A DNA stretch of 31,217 bases from a virus (Duplodnaviria; Heunggongvirae; Uroviricota; Caudoviricetes), in the IMG/VR virus record IMGVR_UViG_2698536549_000026; one strand, written 5' to 3'. Shown one piece after another: positions 9,845-18,364 of this stretch. The notes beneath the pieces were generated by a model. The model searched no databases, was not told the DNA's origin, and saw nothing but the letters and a program-made list of their open reading frames with translations. The position numbers were made by a program, and so were the translations under genes. Numbering within the stretch: position 1 is the first letter of the stretch; each line of letters opens with the position of its first letter.

Positions 9845-10308
9845 TCACCTTCCGTTAAATGCGATCGCTATACCTTCAGCGGTCTTGTTGGCGCGGGTAC
9901 GGGCAAAATATTCATCCAGCCAGATGGCACGGGCGATGCTCTCTTCGTCGTCCGGCTCTCCGGGGAGGTAGTGACGCCGCAATGCCAGATACTGCTCAAG
10001 GGGATTGCGGCGGATGCTTTCGACCCGCGCGGTCAGTTTTTTAACTCAATCTCCAGTTTCGGGGAGTAAACCTCGTTAATCTTCTCGACGATCTGCATCT
10101 CACAGCCCGGATAACGCGCAATCAGGTCAGCCAGTGCGTCGCGGCTGGCAGGCGTCACGATGCGGTTAAGATAGGTGCTCATCGGCGCCACCTTGTTGGT
10201 CATCGTGATTTCGTTGATGAGGTTGTTAAATGCCGTTTTGTTCGGTTCAAAGCTCAGGGTTACGCCCGCAACGGACAGGATGATGGTGCCGGTGTTCTTC
10301 GTGGTCAT
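9845..10308 (-). CDS. tail assembly chaperone, predicted -1 frameshift fusion product (GT / E' analogue)
   Basis: After a -1 slip at A_AAA_AAC (10036-10042) the new frame reads 63 sense codons (LTARVESIRRNPLEQYLALRRHYLPGEPDDEESIARAIWLDEYFARTRANKTAEGIAIAFNGR) to TGA at 9845-9847, overlapping the tape measure ATG (9841-9843). The open frame fills the gap exactly. Confidence 0.6.
10033..10308 (-). CDS. tail assembly chaperone, zero-frame product (lambda G / P2 gpE analogue)
   Basis: 91-aa ORF ending ...EIELKN-stop, directly upstream of tape measure. Final codons TTA AAA AAC TGA contain a canonical slippery heptamer. Confidence 0.7.
   Translation of the reverse strand: MTTKNTGTIILSVAGVTLSFEPNKTAFNNLINEITMTNKVAPMSTYLNRIVTPASRDALADLIARYPGCEMQIVEKINEVYSPKLEIELKN
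10036..10042 (-). other. programmed -1 ribosomal frameshift slippery heptamer A_AAA_AAC
   Basis: Minus-strand sequence GAG TTA AAA AAC TGA at the end of the chaperone ORF. X_XXY_YYZ heptamer in the correct register. Confidence 0.6.
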
Positions 10309-10598
10309 TGCAGTTTCTCCGTGTTTCGTATGGTTTCCACCAGGCTGTTATGCCTGGCGGCGCATTCGGTGTAGCGGCTCGTGAGGGTTCGCAGTGCCGC
10401 ATCAAAATCAGCGCCCGTCGGGCCTGCCAGTCTCGGCAGTGTCTTCGGGCATTCCGTCAGCTGGTTTTCCTGCCAGGGTACGCTCAGCGGCTTCAGCACG
10501 GGCGTTGAACAGCCGGACGTAATCATCAGTAGCGCACACATTGCGGAATACCGGGCGGACGGTTTCCGTGTGAATAACGCGTTCAGTGTGAATTTCAT
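10305..10598 (-). CDS. o-spanin (Rz1-like outer-membrane lipoprotein), embedded in the i-spanin gene in another frame
   Basis: Translation contains MCALLMITSGC (signal peptide plus lipobox-like TSGC) followed by a Pro-rich region. Overlaps 10408-10598 of the Rz-like gene out of frame. Start may be the internal ATG at 10541. Confidence 0.55.
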   Translation of the reverse strand: MKFTLNALFTRKPSARYSAMCALLMITSGCSTPVLKPLSVPWQENQLTECPKTLPRLAGPTGADFDAALRTLTSRYTECAARHNSLVETIRNTEKLQ

Positions 10599-10794
10599 TG
10601 CCCTTTAACGCCTCCAGCCGTTTTTCCAGTATGCGGGCGGACTGCTGCCCGGCTTCTGTTACCGCACGTCGCGTGGCTTCCATGGCTTCCTGTTCGGCAA
10701 GCGCCACCCTGGCGTCATGCCAGTCATGGGCCAGCCAGCCCGCCCACATGGCGGCAAAGAGGATCACCAGGCAGCCCGCCACCTGTTTCATCAT
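10408..10794 (-). CDS. i-spanin (Rz-like)
   Basis: 128 aa with N-terminal TM segment (VAGCLVILFAAMWAGWLA) and charged, helical periplasmic part. Immediately downstream of the endolysin with ATGA overlap. Confidence 0.6.
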   Translation of the reverse strand: MMKQVAGCLVILFAAMWAGWLAHDWHDARVALAEQEAMEATRRAVTEAGQQSARILEKRLEALKGNEIHTERVIHTETVRPVFRNVCATDDYVRLFNARAEAAERTLAGKPADGMPEDTAETGRPDGR

Positions 10795-11129
10795 TTCACC
10801 CCGTTGTGCTCAAGGCTGAAATGATTGCCGTCTGCCCGGCTGAAGCGTCCGCCCCATGTGCCGCCGATGGATTCCCAGTATTCCCCCAGCGGCCTGTAGG
10901 CGTCGGTATCGGCCTGGTATTCGCCGTTAATGAACAGGTTGAAGTCCACCGCGAGGCGCAGCGTGTGAAGGCTGTTGCGAATGCCTTTTCCGCTTTTCGC
11001 ATTCAGTGCGGCCTGCTCCGGCGTGCGGTATGCCTCGCCGAAGGTCAGGCGATAGCCGTGCTCCTGTGCCCAGTGGATGAGATCGGCAATCATGACGGCA
11101 AACAGTTGTTGTTTTTCGCTCAGTTTCAT
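10791..11129 (-). CDS. endolysin, peptidase M15-type (L-alanyl-D-glutamate peptidase-like)
   Basis: 112 aa, MKLSEKQQLFAVMIADLIHWAQEHGYRLTFGEAYRTPEQAALNAKSGKGIRNSLHTLRLAVDFNLF...GGRFSRADGNHFSLEH. Matches the small M15 endolysin pattern (H...D...H metal ligands) from memory. Confidence 0.75.
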   Translation of the reverse strand: MKLSEKQQLFAVMIADLIHWAQEHGYRLTFGEAYRTPEQAALNAKSGKGIRNSLHTLRLAVDFNLFINGEYQADTDAYRPLGEYWESIGGTWGGRFSRADGNHFSLEHNGVK

Positions 11130-11881
11130 CAGTCACTCCTCTGTTCCGTCCCCGTAAGACGCGCCTGTGCCACGCTGAAATAGTGGGCGTTCAGTTCAAT
11201 ACCCGTAAAACGGCAGCCCCGGCGAAGGGCGGCCACGCCCGTGGTGCCGGACCCCATAAACGGATCGAGGATCAGCCCTCCGGGTTCACACACGCGCACA
11301 AGCTCATCCATCAACGATTCCGGTTTACCTGTCGGGTGCTGTTTCTCCTGTGGGCGTGTGTGGTGCGTGATGCAGCCGTCGAACGGCCCGGAAGGGGATT
11401 TGCCCAGCGCGCCTTTACTGCCCCAGACCACATATTCGCACTGGTGACGAAAATAACCGGTATGCGGTGTTCTTGAGGCCCGTCCCTTGTTCCATGCCAC
11501 GATCCCCCGCCAGTTAAAGCCGGCGGCCTGGAATGCGTCCGTCAGCGCGGGCAACTGCCGCCAGTCGGTGAAGACCAGGGCGTAACCACCGGGTCGTACC
11601 GTGCGCCATGCCTGTGTCATCCACAGATGCGTCCAGTATTCCCATGAACGGGCGTCCATGTTCTCGCCTTCGAAGCCTTCAAAGCGGTGAAGATCTTCAT
11701 CGTTGATGTATTTGGCGTGGCTGCCCTGGCATGTCCGCCCCGCCTTGTGTGTGGCACCTGAACTGTATGGCGGGTCTGTGATGAGCGCGTCCACACTGTT
11801 TTCCGGCAGCATCCGCAGAACGTCATGCGCCTGCGCGTGATACAGGCTCAGGGAAGGCGAAATGTAAGGCTTATGGGTCAT
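11129..11881 (-). CDS. DNA methyltransferase, beta-class amino-MTase (N6-adenine or N4-cytosine)
   Basis: 250 aa. Catalytic DPPY motif near N-terminus (ALITDPPYSS), AdoMet-binding FxGxG motif near C-terminus (LDPFMGSGTTGVAA). Motif IV before motif I indicates the beta permutation. No adjacent restriction endonuclease gene. Confidence 0.85.
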   Translation of the reverse strand: MTHKPYISPSLSLYHAQAHDVLRMLPENSVDALITDPPYSSGATHKAGRTCQGSHAKYINDEDLHRFEGFEGENMDARSWEYWTHLWMTQAWRTVRPGGYALVFTDWRQLPALTDAFQAAGFNWRGIVAWNKGRASRTPHTGYFRHQCEYVVWGSKGALGKSPSGPFDGCITHHTRPQEKQHPTGKPESLMDELVRVCEPGGLILDPFMGSGTTGVAALRRGCRFTGIELNAHYFSVAQARLTGTEQRSD

Positions 11882-12176
11882 TTCTGCGTTCCTTCTGCTT
11901 CAGGTAGCGGTCTGCCAGACGGCAAAAGCATTCTTCAATAAAGGCGCTGCCCATAATGCCCAGCGCGCACGCCAGACCGACCACTACCAGCTCCGGCATG
12001 TCCGGAAATTTAAACAGCGGAATGGCGGCAACCGGTGCCACGGCAGAGCCCATAATCATTCGCCCGATAAGCAGACGGGCTGTGATGCGATCGCGGCTCA
12101 CCATGAGACGCCCCAGCCCGATGGCAGCACCGATGATAATCAGTTTTGCCAGGAGTGAAGTCTGACCGTCCGGCAT
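11871..12176 (-). CDS. putative holin (three predicted TM segments)
   Basis: 101 aa with hydrophobic stretches LLAKLIIIGAAIGLGRLMV, IMGSAVAPVAAIPLF, LVVVGLACALGIMGSAFI and a charged C-terminus. First gene of the lysis cluster. Confidence 0.55.
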   Translation of the reverse strand: MPDGQTSLLAKLIIIGAAIGLGRLMVSRDRITARLLIGRMIMGSAVAPVAAIPLFKFPDMPELVVVGLACALGIMGSAFIEECFCRLADRYLKQKERRNDP

Positions 12177-12180
12177 GGCA

Positions 12181-12642
12181 TCACCCCTTCAGATCGCGGG
12201 TGTCACGGGCTGACAGGTAGGGCACGCCGTCAATGCTGATAAAGTCCGGGCTTGTGACCATGAACTTGATTTTTTTCGTGGTCTTTCCGGCTTCACCTGT
12301 GCTGATGTTCACCACGTCCGACAACATGGGGACGCAGCCGAACACCTCGATTTTTTCCTCCTCGCTGCCGTTGTTGGCATAAAAGAGAAAATCCTTTTCA
12401 GGAATGGCACGCCACGACCCCGCAGAGCGGGCCACGGCACCAAACTTTTTAAAGTTCTGCGCGTCGACTTCCACCTCCACATCGGCAGAAACAGAACCAC
12501 GGGTGTAGCCGTTCGGCACGCCGCGCGTCTGTGCCACGGCGCTGTTGTCGGTGATGGTGACGGTGGCGCTTTCCACGTGGATCATGATCCCGTCGTAGTT
12601 GATATCAAACGCGCCGCCGCTGATACGTTCATTTCCGGCCAT
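12181..12642 (-). CDS. tail tube protein (by synteny)
   Basis: ORF track gives 12181..12672. ATG at 12642 has a GGAG site about 8 nt upstream and lies 1 nt after the sheath stop, giving about 153 aa. Follows the sheath gene in the canonical sheath-tube-chaperone-tape measure order. Confidence 0.55.
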   Translation of the reverse strand: MAGNERISGGAFDINYDGIMIHVESATVTITDNSAVAQTRGVPNGYTRGSVSADVEVEVDAQNFKKFGAVARSAGSWRAIPEKDFLFYANNGSEEEKIEVFGCVPMLSDVVNISTGEAGKTTKKIKFMVTSPDFISIDGVPYLSARDTRDLKG

Positions 12643-12643
12643 G

Positions 12644-13789
12644 TCAGATCTCCAGTGCTGTGTCGAGTTCAATACTTACGCCAATGGCTTTTGCGCTCTC
12701 GTAGGGGCGTACCACAATGTAAATCTGCACGTGTGTACTGCTGGTCCAGACGATGGTGATATCCCCGTCCTGTGGCGGTTTAACCTCGCCGGGGAACGGT
12801 ACGCCGTTAATCTCCGTGGCGAGCGCCATTTCACGCAGCGTGCGGCTGAAATATGTCTGGCTGGCGGCAATGCTGCCCGGTGTGCTGTTGAGTGCGCGAT
12901 CCGCAAGGCGGGCAATGGCGCGCAGACGTACACGGCGGGAGACTTTATCCACCACGCGCACGTTTTCGATGACCTGGTAATCTCCCCCCTCCACATCAAG
13001 GGTGCGTCCGTCTGACCAGTAGAGCCCGTCGAAATCGTGATACCACATGGGCACGCTGAAGCGTTTGCCTTCCAGCGAGCGCAGCGTGGCCAGCTCAAGG
13101 GGCTGTTTCTTGCCGTCCTGCGGGATCTCATCGTTACCCATCGCCACCAGGGCACCGGTTGCCACACGTGCCGGACTGTCCGCAACGGTGACGGAAGGAT
13201 TACAGAGACGGCCCGCCAGTACGCCGGGCTCATTTCCCCATAAGCGGGGAACCACCATCACGCCAGGTGCTGCCACGCCGTCCTGTATGGCACTGATGCG
13301 GGTGACGTATGCCGCCCATGCCTCATCCTTGCCCGGTCCGGCCACGCACAGCATGAACCAGACAAAACGGCCATAAGCGGACTGAAGCAGGGCGCGGGTT
13401 TCGGTGGCGCGGTTAACGGCATCTTTGGCCGTGATGTCAATGGCAATCACCACGCCCTCGGCAGAAGCAATGGTCTGCGCTTTTTTCACCGCGTCCACCC
13501 ATGCGGCGTTAGCGTCGCCGCCCTCCGGTGCCGGGGGTTTGGGTTCAGACAGAACGTGAACATAGGCAAACCAGTTCTGGCCACCGTTGGCGATTGCGGC
13601 GGTAAGCGTGGATTTAAGCAGGCTTTCATCCGGTCCCAGCACGTCGTCCAGGTCGGTCTCAGGGGAGACGGAAAGGGTGTTACCTGTGTTCTTTTTGCCA
13701 TAGCCCACAAAAAGCAGCGTGCGCTCCACTTCACGGGTGGCACCGTTGAAACGGTTCTGATGGCTTACGGTTACATTCGGCCAGCTCAC
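12644..13789 (-). CDS. contractile tail sheath protein (non-P2-type, by synteny and size)
   Basis: 381 aa, immediately upstream of the tube gene and downstream of the tail-completion genes. No similarity to P2 FI that I can recognise. Confidence 0.55.
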   Translation of the reverse strand: MSWPNVTVSHQNRFNGATREVERTLLFVGYGKKNTGNTLSVSPETDLDDVLGPDESLLKSTLTAAIANGGQNWFAYVHVLSEPKPPAPEGGDANAAWVDAVKKAQTIASAEGVVIAIDITAKDAVNRATETRALLQSAYGRFVWFMLCVAGPGKDEAWAAYVTRISAIQDGVAAPGVMVVPRLWGNEPGVLAGRLCNPSVTVADSPARVATGALVAMGNDEIPQDGKKQPLELATLRSLEGKRFSVPMWYHDFDGLYWSDGRTLDVEGGDYQVIENVRVVDKVSRRVRLRAIARLADRALNSTPGSIAASQTYFSRTLREMALATEINGVPFPGEVKPPQDGDITIVWTSSTHVQIYIVVRPYESAKAIGVSIELDTALEI

Positions 13790-13800
13790 GGTGTGACTCC

Positions 13801-14511
13801 TTATCTGATATCCTGTGCGTCAACGTCCAGGCCGTAGCCCATTGCGTTCATCTGGCGTGCCAGGATGTGTGAAAATTCTTCGTTTGTTACCCCCAGAAAG
13901 ACGCGCGACGGAAGGGTAATGGTCCATGTCCGGGCCTTCTGCTGGCGTGGTCCGGCGATAATCTGATCTTCCATAATGGTGATCAGCAACCCGGCCTGCG
14001 CCCGCGAAAGCGTTAACAGGTATTTCATGGATGCTTTCCGCCAGCGCCCCTTCTGACGTACCTTAAAGCCCAGCTCCCGCAGTCGTTTTGCCTGTCGGCG
14101 GGTGGCGGTCTGCCCGCTCTGGTCCTGACCGCTGAAGCTGTCAGCACTGACCCGGATTTCTGCGCCGTTGTGGTGAACCCAGCCCACGGCACCGGCACTG
14201 ATGCGGCTCCTGCCACTGGTGTGATTGCCGTTACGGAAATAAACCTTTACGGCATCCTGTCCGGGCATCTCACGGACCGCCAGAAGACGCGGCAGCTTTC
14301 TGAACATTTTCCCCTTACCGCGTTTCCTGGGTGCCCATGCTGTACCGTCCGGTGCGGCCTGATCGCGCTGATGGCGTCTGGCAGCGGCGATAATGCCGTG
14401 CCGGGCAATACGCCATAACAGGCGACGGCGTTTTTTTGGTGGCAGATCCAGCGACTGAAGCATCGCCTGCGCTTCTGCCAGCTGCTGCGGGTTCAGCTGG
14501 CCGCTTATCAT
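13801..14511 (-). CDS. tail completion / virion morphogenesis protein (P2 gpS-like position)
   Basis: 236 aa, basic. Start ATG overlaps the stop of the gpR-like gene (ATGA at 14508-14511). Confidence 0.4.
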   Translation of the reverse strand: MISGQLNPQQLAEAQAMLQSLDLPPKKRRRLLWRIARHGIIAAARRHQRDQAAPDGTAWAPRKRGKGKMFRKLPRLLAVREMPGQDAVKVYFRNGNHTSGRSRISAGAVGWVHHNGAEIRVSADSFSGQDQSGQTATRRQAKRLRELGFKVRQKGRWRKASMKYLLTLSRAQAGLLITIMEDQIIAGPRQQKARTWTITLPSRVFLGVTNEEFSHILARQMNAMGYGLDVDAQDIR

Positions 14512-14981
14512 TCGCGGCTCCTGCTGACAAACAGATCCATGGTTTCCGCCGTCCAGATTTCAGGGTTAACCAGTGTCCAGCGTTTCCCCCTGTACGGAAC
14601 GGGGCCGTCTTCCTGCACCCGGATGATCAGCGGGTCAGCCAGTCCCACCGTGATATCGAGAAGGCACGAGTCCTCATCGTTAAACTGCGGGTCGACGTTC
14701 ACATCCTCCGGGCGGAATTCCTCCCTCAGCGGGTCCGCGTGCTCTTCCAGCCAGGCCATGACCAGCGCGTAAACCAGCCCCGGTGAGTATTTGCGGAACG
14801 GGAAGTTATCCCATGCAATCACGCCGGTGTACGTCATCACGCCCATGCGGATCTGGTCGTTACCCAGCGCCTTCTGACTGCGGATAAGCTGCGCGTCTTC
14901 CTGACTGCTCATGAAGAACTGCATGGCGTCAGGCGGCAGATTTTCGGTAATGAAGGCGGTCAGGCTTTCCAGCTGGTTCAT
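14508..14981 (-). CDS. tail completion protein (P2 gpR-like)
   Basis: 157 aa. Segment LVYALVMAWLEEHADPLRE resembles the P2 gpR core as I recall it. Sits directly after the head completion gene. Confidence 0.5.
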   Translation of the reverse strand: MNQLESLTAFITENLPPDAMQFFMSSQEDAQLIRSQKALGNDQIRMGVMTYTGVIAWDNFPFRKYSPGLVYALVMAWLEEHADPLREEFRPEDVNVDPQFNDEDSCLLDITVGLADPLIIRVQEDGPVPYRGKRWTLVNPEIWTAETMDLFVSRSRE

Positions 14982-15451
14982 ATGATGTGCACTCCCGCGC
15001 GTCTGTGCCCCAGCATGTTACGCATGACCAGCGAGGCTTCAGCCAGTAAGGTGGCGCGTGTGTCCTCGCTTTCCTGCCCCGGATAGGTTTCACGGCGACC
15101 AATGGTGGCGAACTCGCCCATAAGATCGGCCTTGGCACGGGCATAAACGGCCTTTTTGTACTGTGCGACCAGCTGGGTTTCATCGCCCAGCCTGGCCCCT
15201 GGTACGTCTGCGGCGCGTTCATGCCCCTGCGCCTTCCAGTGCGCCACAACCGGCGCCAGCGTGGTGTTCACCTCGGCCACTGCGGCAAGCAGCGCCATGG
15301 CCGCCGTGTCGTCGGGTAAATCAGCCGGAAGCGTGCGTGACCCCTGAAGCTCAGCCAGATCAAGGTCCGGCCAGAACGGCTCGCCGTTTGTCACCGTCTG
15401 CGGTGTGGATTTCAGCGGTTTACCGCTGACGCTGAAGCTCGGTTCGCTCAT
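14978..15451 (-). CDS. L: head completion/stabilisation protein (P2 gpL-like)
   Basis: ORF track gives 14978..15502. In-frame ATG at 15451 has a GAGG site about 7 nt upstream, giving about 157 aa. Follows M and N as in P2. Confidence 0.55.
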   Translation of the reverse strand: MSEPSFSVSGKPLKSTPQTVTNGEPFWPDLDLAELQGSRTLPADLPDDTAAMALLAAVAEVNTTLAPVVAHWKAQGHERAADVPGARLGDETQLVAQYKKAVYARAKADLMGEFATIGRRETYPGQESEDTRATLLAEASLVMRNMLGHRRAGVHII

Positions 15452-15558
15452 GACGTGCCTCATATGAATAAAAAGGCGGGCTGTCCGGGATTCCACGGCC
15501 ATACAGTTTCCGTCACTGATGCCTCCTCCCGCGCCCGCCCGGCCCTGCGGGTAGTCGT

Positions 15559-16257
15559 TTACGCTGCATTAAGGGCGCTGATGCGTGCCCTGATGCGCGC
15601 CCTGATACTTTTTACGCCAGCGGTACGGCTCAGTGCTGCCGCCTGTGCCAGGTATGCGTCTGCCTTTTCCAGTACGGCAGTATCATTAATCGCGGTGGCT
15701 CTCGGTTTGCCTGCCTCGTCGCGCAGAAGATACAGCCCGGCAAATCTGAACCACTTCGCGCGGATTTCCTCATGCAGCCGCCACGTGGTGGTGACGTTCC
15801 TGAAGGTGCGCGAAAAATACGGCTCTATGCTGTGTCCGGCCTCGCTGTTGTCGGTGGCCCACTGCAACACCGTGTCGGCCACGAAGGCGGGCAGGGTGCT
15901 GCGGAAGTTGTCCGGCGTGGCCTGGCCTTCACTGATGGCAATGTCTGCCCAGTCAAGGGCGCGACTCAGGTCGCCCGTGTCGAACAGCCAGATGATGCAG
16001 TACACCAGTACCGGGCAGGCGTGGCGCTTTCCGTCAGCGATATAGCGCTCCGCGACGGGCAGCCAGCGCGGCAGGAGAATGTCGCGCTTGAACGCCAGCC
16101 GCTCTTCGCGGACAGGAAGACTGCGCAGCCGTGCCACATCGCGATCAAGCTCCGCGCGTAACAGGTGGAAGCTGACCGGGGAGGCCGTCAGCGCTTCCCG
16201 GCGTTCGAGTGCCTCCTGTGTGCGGATTTTCGCCCGGTGTCGCTGGCAGGGTGTCAT
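15559..16257 (-). CDS. M: terminase small (endonuclease) subunit, P2 gpM-like
   Basis: 232 aa, downstream of the capsid gene in the O-N-M-L order. Sequence consistent with the P2 M family from memory. Confidence 0.75.
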   Translation of the reverse strand: MTPCQRHRAKIRTQEALERREALTASPVSFHLLRAELDRDVARLRSLPVREERLAFKRDILLPRWLPVAERYIADGKRHACPVLVYCIIWLFDTGDLSRALDWADIAISEGQATPDNFRSTLPAFVADTVLQWATDNSEAGHSIEPYFSRTFRNVTTTWRLHEEIRAKWFRFAGLYLLRDEAGKPRATAINDTAVLEKADAYLAQAAALSRTAGVKSIRARIRARISALNAA

Positions 16258-16274
16258 TGCGCCGCCCTCTGTGC

Positions 16275-17303
16275 TTATGCGCCGCCAGGTGCGGGCTCTT
16301 CTGCCGCTTCTGCGCCCTTGATGGTCAGCTTGTCGTAGGCCGCGTAAATTTCGTCGTGCTCCACGGCGTAACCTTCCATGCGCAGATAGTTGTTTTCAAA
16401 ACGCTTGCGATCGTCGTTCCACTCCGCACGGCGCTGACGGGTGCCGCGCTGCGTGTAGATGTGAAGGTTTGCCAGCGTGGTGACAATCAGGCGTCCTTCC
16501 GGCATGAACGGCGGGGTGTATGCTGTCAGCCCGGCGATCTGGCGACCGATAAGCTGCGCGGCCACTTTTTCCGTGGGGGCGTCGATGGCGTTAAGCAGCG
16601 TCACCTTGTCCTGTGCCACAAGATCGGGCGCAACCAGTACCACCAGATCCGGATGACCGCGATACGACTCATCAATGAGGGTGTGCACGAGGTCTGCCAC
16701 GGCTGCATCCAGCCCGATAAAGTCGCCACCCTTGCCCAGCGTCGGGCCAGCCTCCACGATCTGTTTTGCGCTGCGGCCTTTGACGATGGCATGCCAGCCG
16801 GTGTTGACGTCCTCGCCGTTTTTGTTGGTTACCGGGTCGGTATCTTCGGCCACGCTGGTACCGTTAAAGGCAATGCGCAGGATATCCAGCGCGATCTGTC
16901 TGTTAACAAAATTCTGAATGCGGTTAAAGAACTCGTTTTCACCGCCTGCGTTTGCCCAGGTGACCAGTGTGGTGTACAGGAGGTGGGCACCGGAATCGGT
17001 TTCAGCCAGCTTGTATTCATTCCCGGTAACACCCAGCGGAAGGGTGAAGCGGGCATTTTTTTTACGTCCGGTATGGAGGCCCGGAACGCCGGTGGTAACC
17101 ACCTGGCCTGTCACCTGTTCAACATCCAGCACGTTCGGCAGTTTTGATAAAAACTCGTCGGAGTGCATGATGGCGTCACGCAGCGCGGTCTCCTTCGGGT
17201 CAGACAGCGCAAAATAGCGTGTGACGTCGTCAACCCCGTTTGCCGCACCCAGCCCGGCAGCGTACTTACGAAGCAGTGATTCGGTTTTCTGGTTCAGTTG
17301 CAT
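16275..17303 (-). CDS. N: major capsid protein, P2 gpN family
   Basis: 342 aa. Region GKGGDFIGLDAAVADLVHTLIDESYRGHPDLVVLVAPDLVAQDK... matches the conserved P2 gpN core (GKGGDYASLDALV...DPDLVVIVGRQLLADK). Confidence 0.9.
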   Translation of the reverse strand: MQLNQKTESLLRKYAAGLGAANGVDDVTRYFALSDPKETALRDAIMHSDEFLSKLPNVLDVEQVTGQVVTTGVPGLHTGRKKNARFTLPLGVTGNEYKLAETDSGAHLLYTTLVTWANAGGENEFFNRIQNFVNRQIALDILRIAFNGTSVAEDTDPVTNKNGEDVNTGWHAIVKGRSAKQIVEAGPTLGKGGDFIGLDAAVADLVHTLIDESYRGHPDLVVLVAPDLVAQDKVTLLNAIDAPTEKVAAQLIGRQIAGLTAYTPPFMPEGRLIVTTLANLHIYTQRGTRQRRAEWNDDRKRFENNYLRMEGYAVEHDEIYAAYDKLTIKGAEAAEEPAPGGA

Positions 17304-17314
17304 GTTGCGTATCC

Positions 17315-18364
17315 TTAAACAAAGTCAAACGGTTTTTCGCTTTCTGCCGGTGTGCCAGCCGGGCGTGGCGTGATGCCGGTGGCTGACAGCTTCGTGGTCA
17401 GGTCGTTAAGTTTTTCGGCAATGGCTTTGATTTCTTCTTTGTCGGTGTCGTCCCGGCGACGGGCGGCAAAGCGGCGGTAACGTTCGCCTTTTTCCGGTGT
17501 GATGGCACTGAACGCTTTAATCGCGTCTTCCAGCTTCGCTTTCGCGGCGCTGAAGGCTTCAGCCTTAACCTCATCTTCCGGGGCGGCTTCCACCTCTTCT
17601 GCCAGCTCTGCCACCTCTGCGGCGGCATCGGCGATTTCGGCGGCGATTTCCGCGACTTCGGCTTTTGCTTCTTCCGGTGTGTCTGCTGTGCCCTCGCCAG
17701 CGGCAGCGGCGCTGCCGCCTTCCACCAGGGTGATCAGCTTTTCAAGCAGTGCTTTAATTTCGTCCATTTTTGCGTCCTCGCCTGTATCAGGCTTACTGGT
17801 ATCGGTGTTGTCGGTCTGTCCTGCGCTGAACAGGCGTTTCAGGAATGACTCAGGTTTACGGGGGGCCGGGGTGGTGTCCGGTGACAGGCTGCCCAGCGTG
17901 AACGTCTGGCAGTTCGCCCGCTGTGCCGTGTATTCCTCGTTGTTCAGGGTGAAGCGGATTTTTTCCGTCCCCAGACTGGCGGGGATATCCGTCACCGCCA
18001 CACCCATGAGATAGTCGCGTCCGCTTTTGGCAAAGTTCGGTATTAATTCGGCTGATGTGAAGAGTTTTTGCCCCAGCCTGTTGGCTTCAATCAGGTACTG
18101 ATTAGGGACCAGTCGCGCGTAAAGACGGGTTTTACCGTCCTCGCGGGTTTCCACTTTCAGCGCGTCCACTTCGCCCAGATTGAAGGTGTACTGGCGGTAA
18201 CTGGTGTCGTTCTCATGGCAGGGCCACAGCATCGCCGTGTAGGTGTTGCGGGAATAGGTTTCAGCGGCATCAATCAGCCACTGCGGATCAATTTCGCGAC
18301 CGTCAGCGGTCGGCCCTGATGTGGCGATGCATGTCCAGTCGGTCATCAACGTTGGCTGCGGCAT
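17315..18364 (-). CDS. O: capsid scaffolding protein, P2 gpO-like
   Basis: ORF track gives 17315..18556, which would overlap the divergent P start. ATG at 18364 (MPQPTLMTDW...) has AAAGAGG upstream. Ala/Glu-rich helical C-terminus typical of scaffolds. Immediately upstream of N. Confidence 0.75.
   Translation of the reverse strand: MPQPTLMTDWTCIATSGPTADGREIDPQWLIDAAETYSRNTYTAMLWPCHENDTSYRQYTFNLGEVDALKVETREDGKTRLYARLVPNQYLIEANRLGQKLFTSAELIPNFAKSGRDYLMGVAVTDIPASLGTEKIRFTLNNEEYTAQRANCQTFTLGSLSPDTTPAPRKPESFLKRLFSAGQTDNTDTSKPDTGEDAKMDEIKALLEKLITLVEGGSAAAAGEGTADTPEEAKAEVAEIAAEIADAAAEVAELAEEVEAAPEDEVKAEAFSAAKAKLEDAIKAFSAITPEKGERYRRFAARRRDDTDKEEIKAIAEKLNDLTTKLSATGITPRPAGTPAESEKPFDFV

Noticed and set aside
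9815-10069. 84-aa plus-strand ORF between chaperone and tape measure
   Set aside because: The same DNA is explained by the -1 frameshift extension of the chaperone on the minus strand.
12676-13233. 185-aa minus-strand ORF in an alternative frame
   Set aside because: Internal to the sheath gene in a different frame. Arg/Pro/Trp-rich translation with no start context.
16209-17147. 312-aa plus-strand ORF
   Set aside because: Antisense to the well-supported major capsid gene. Low-complexity translation.
17499-18014. 171-aa plus-strand Ala/Ser-rich ORF
   Set aside because: Antisense to the scaffold gene. Reverse-frame artefact of its Ala/Glu-rich coding region.
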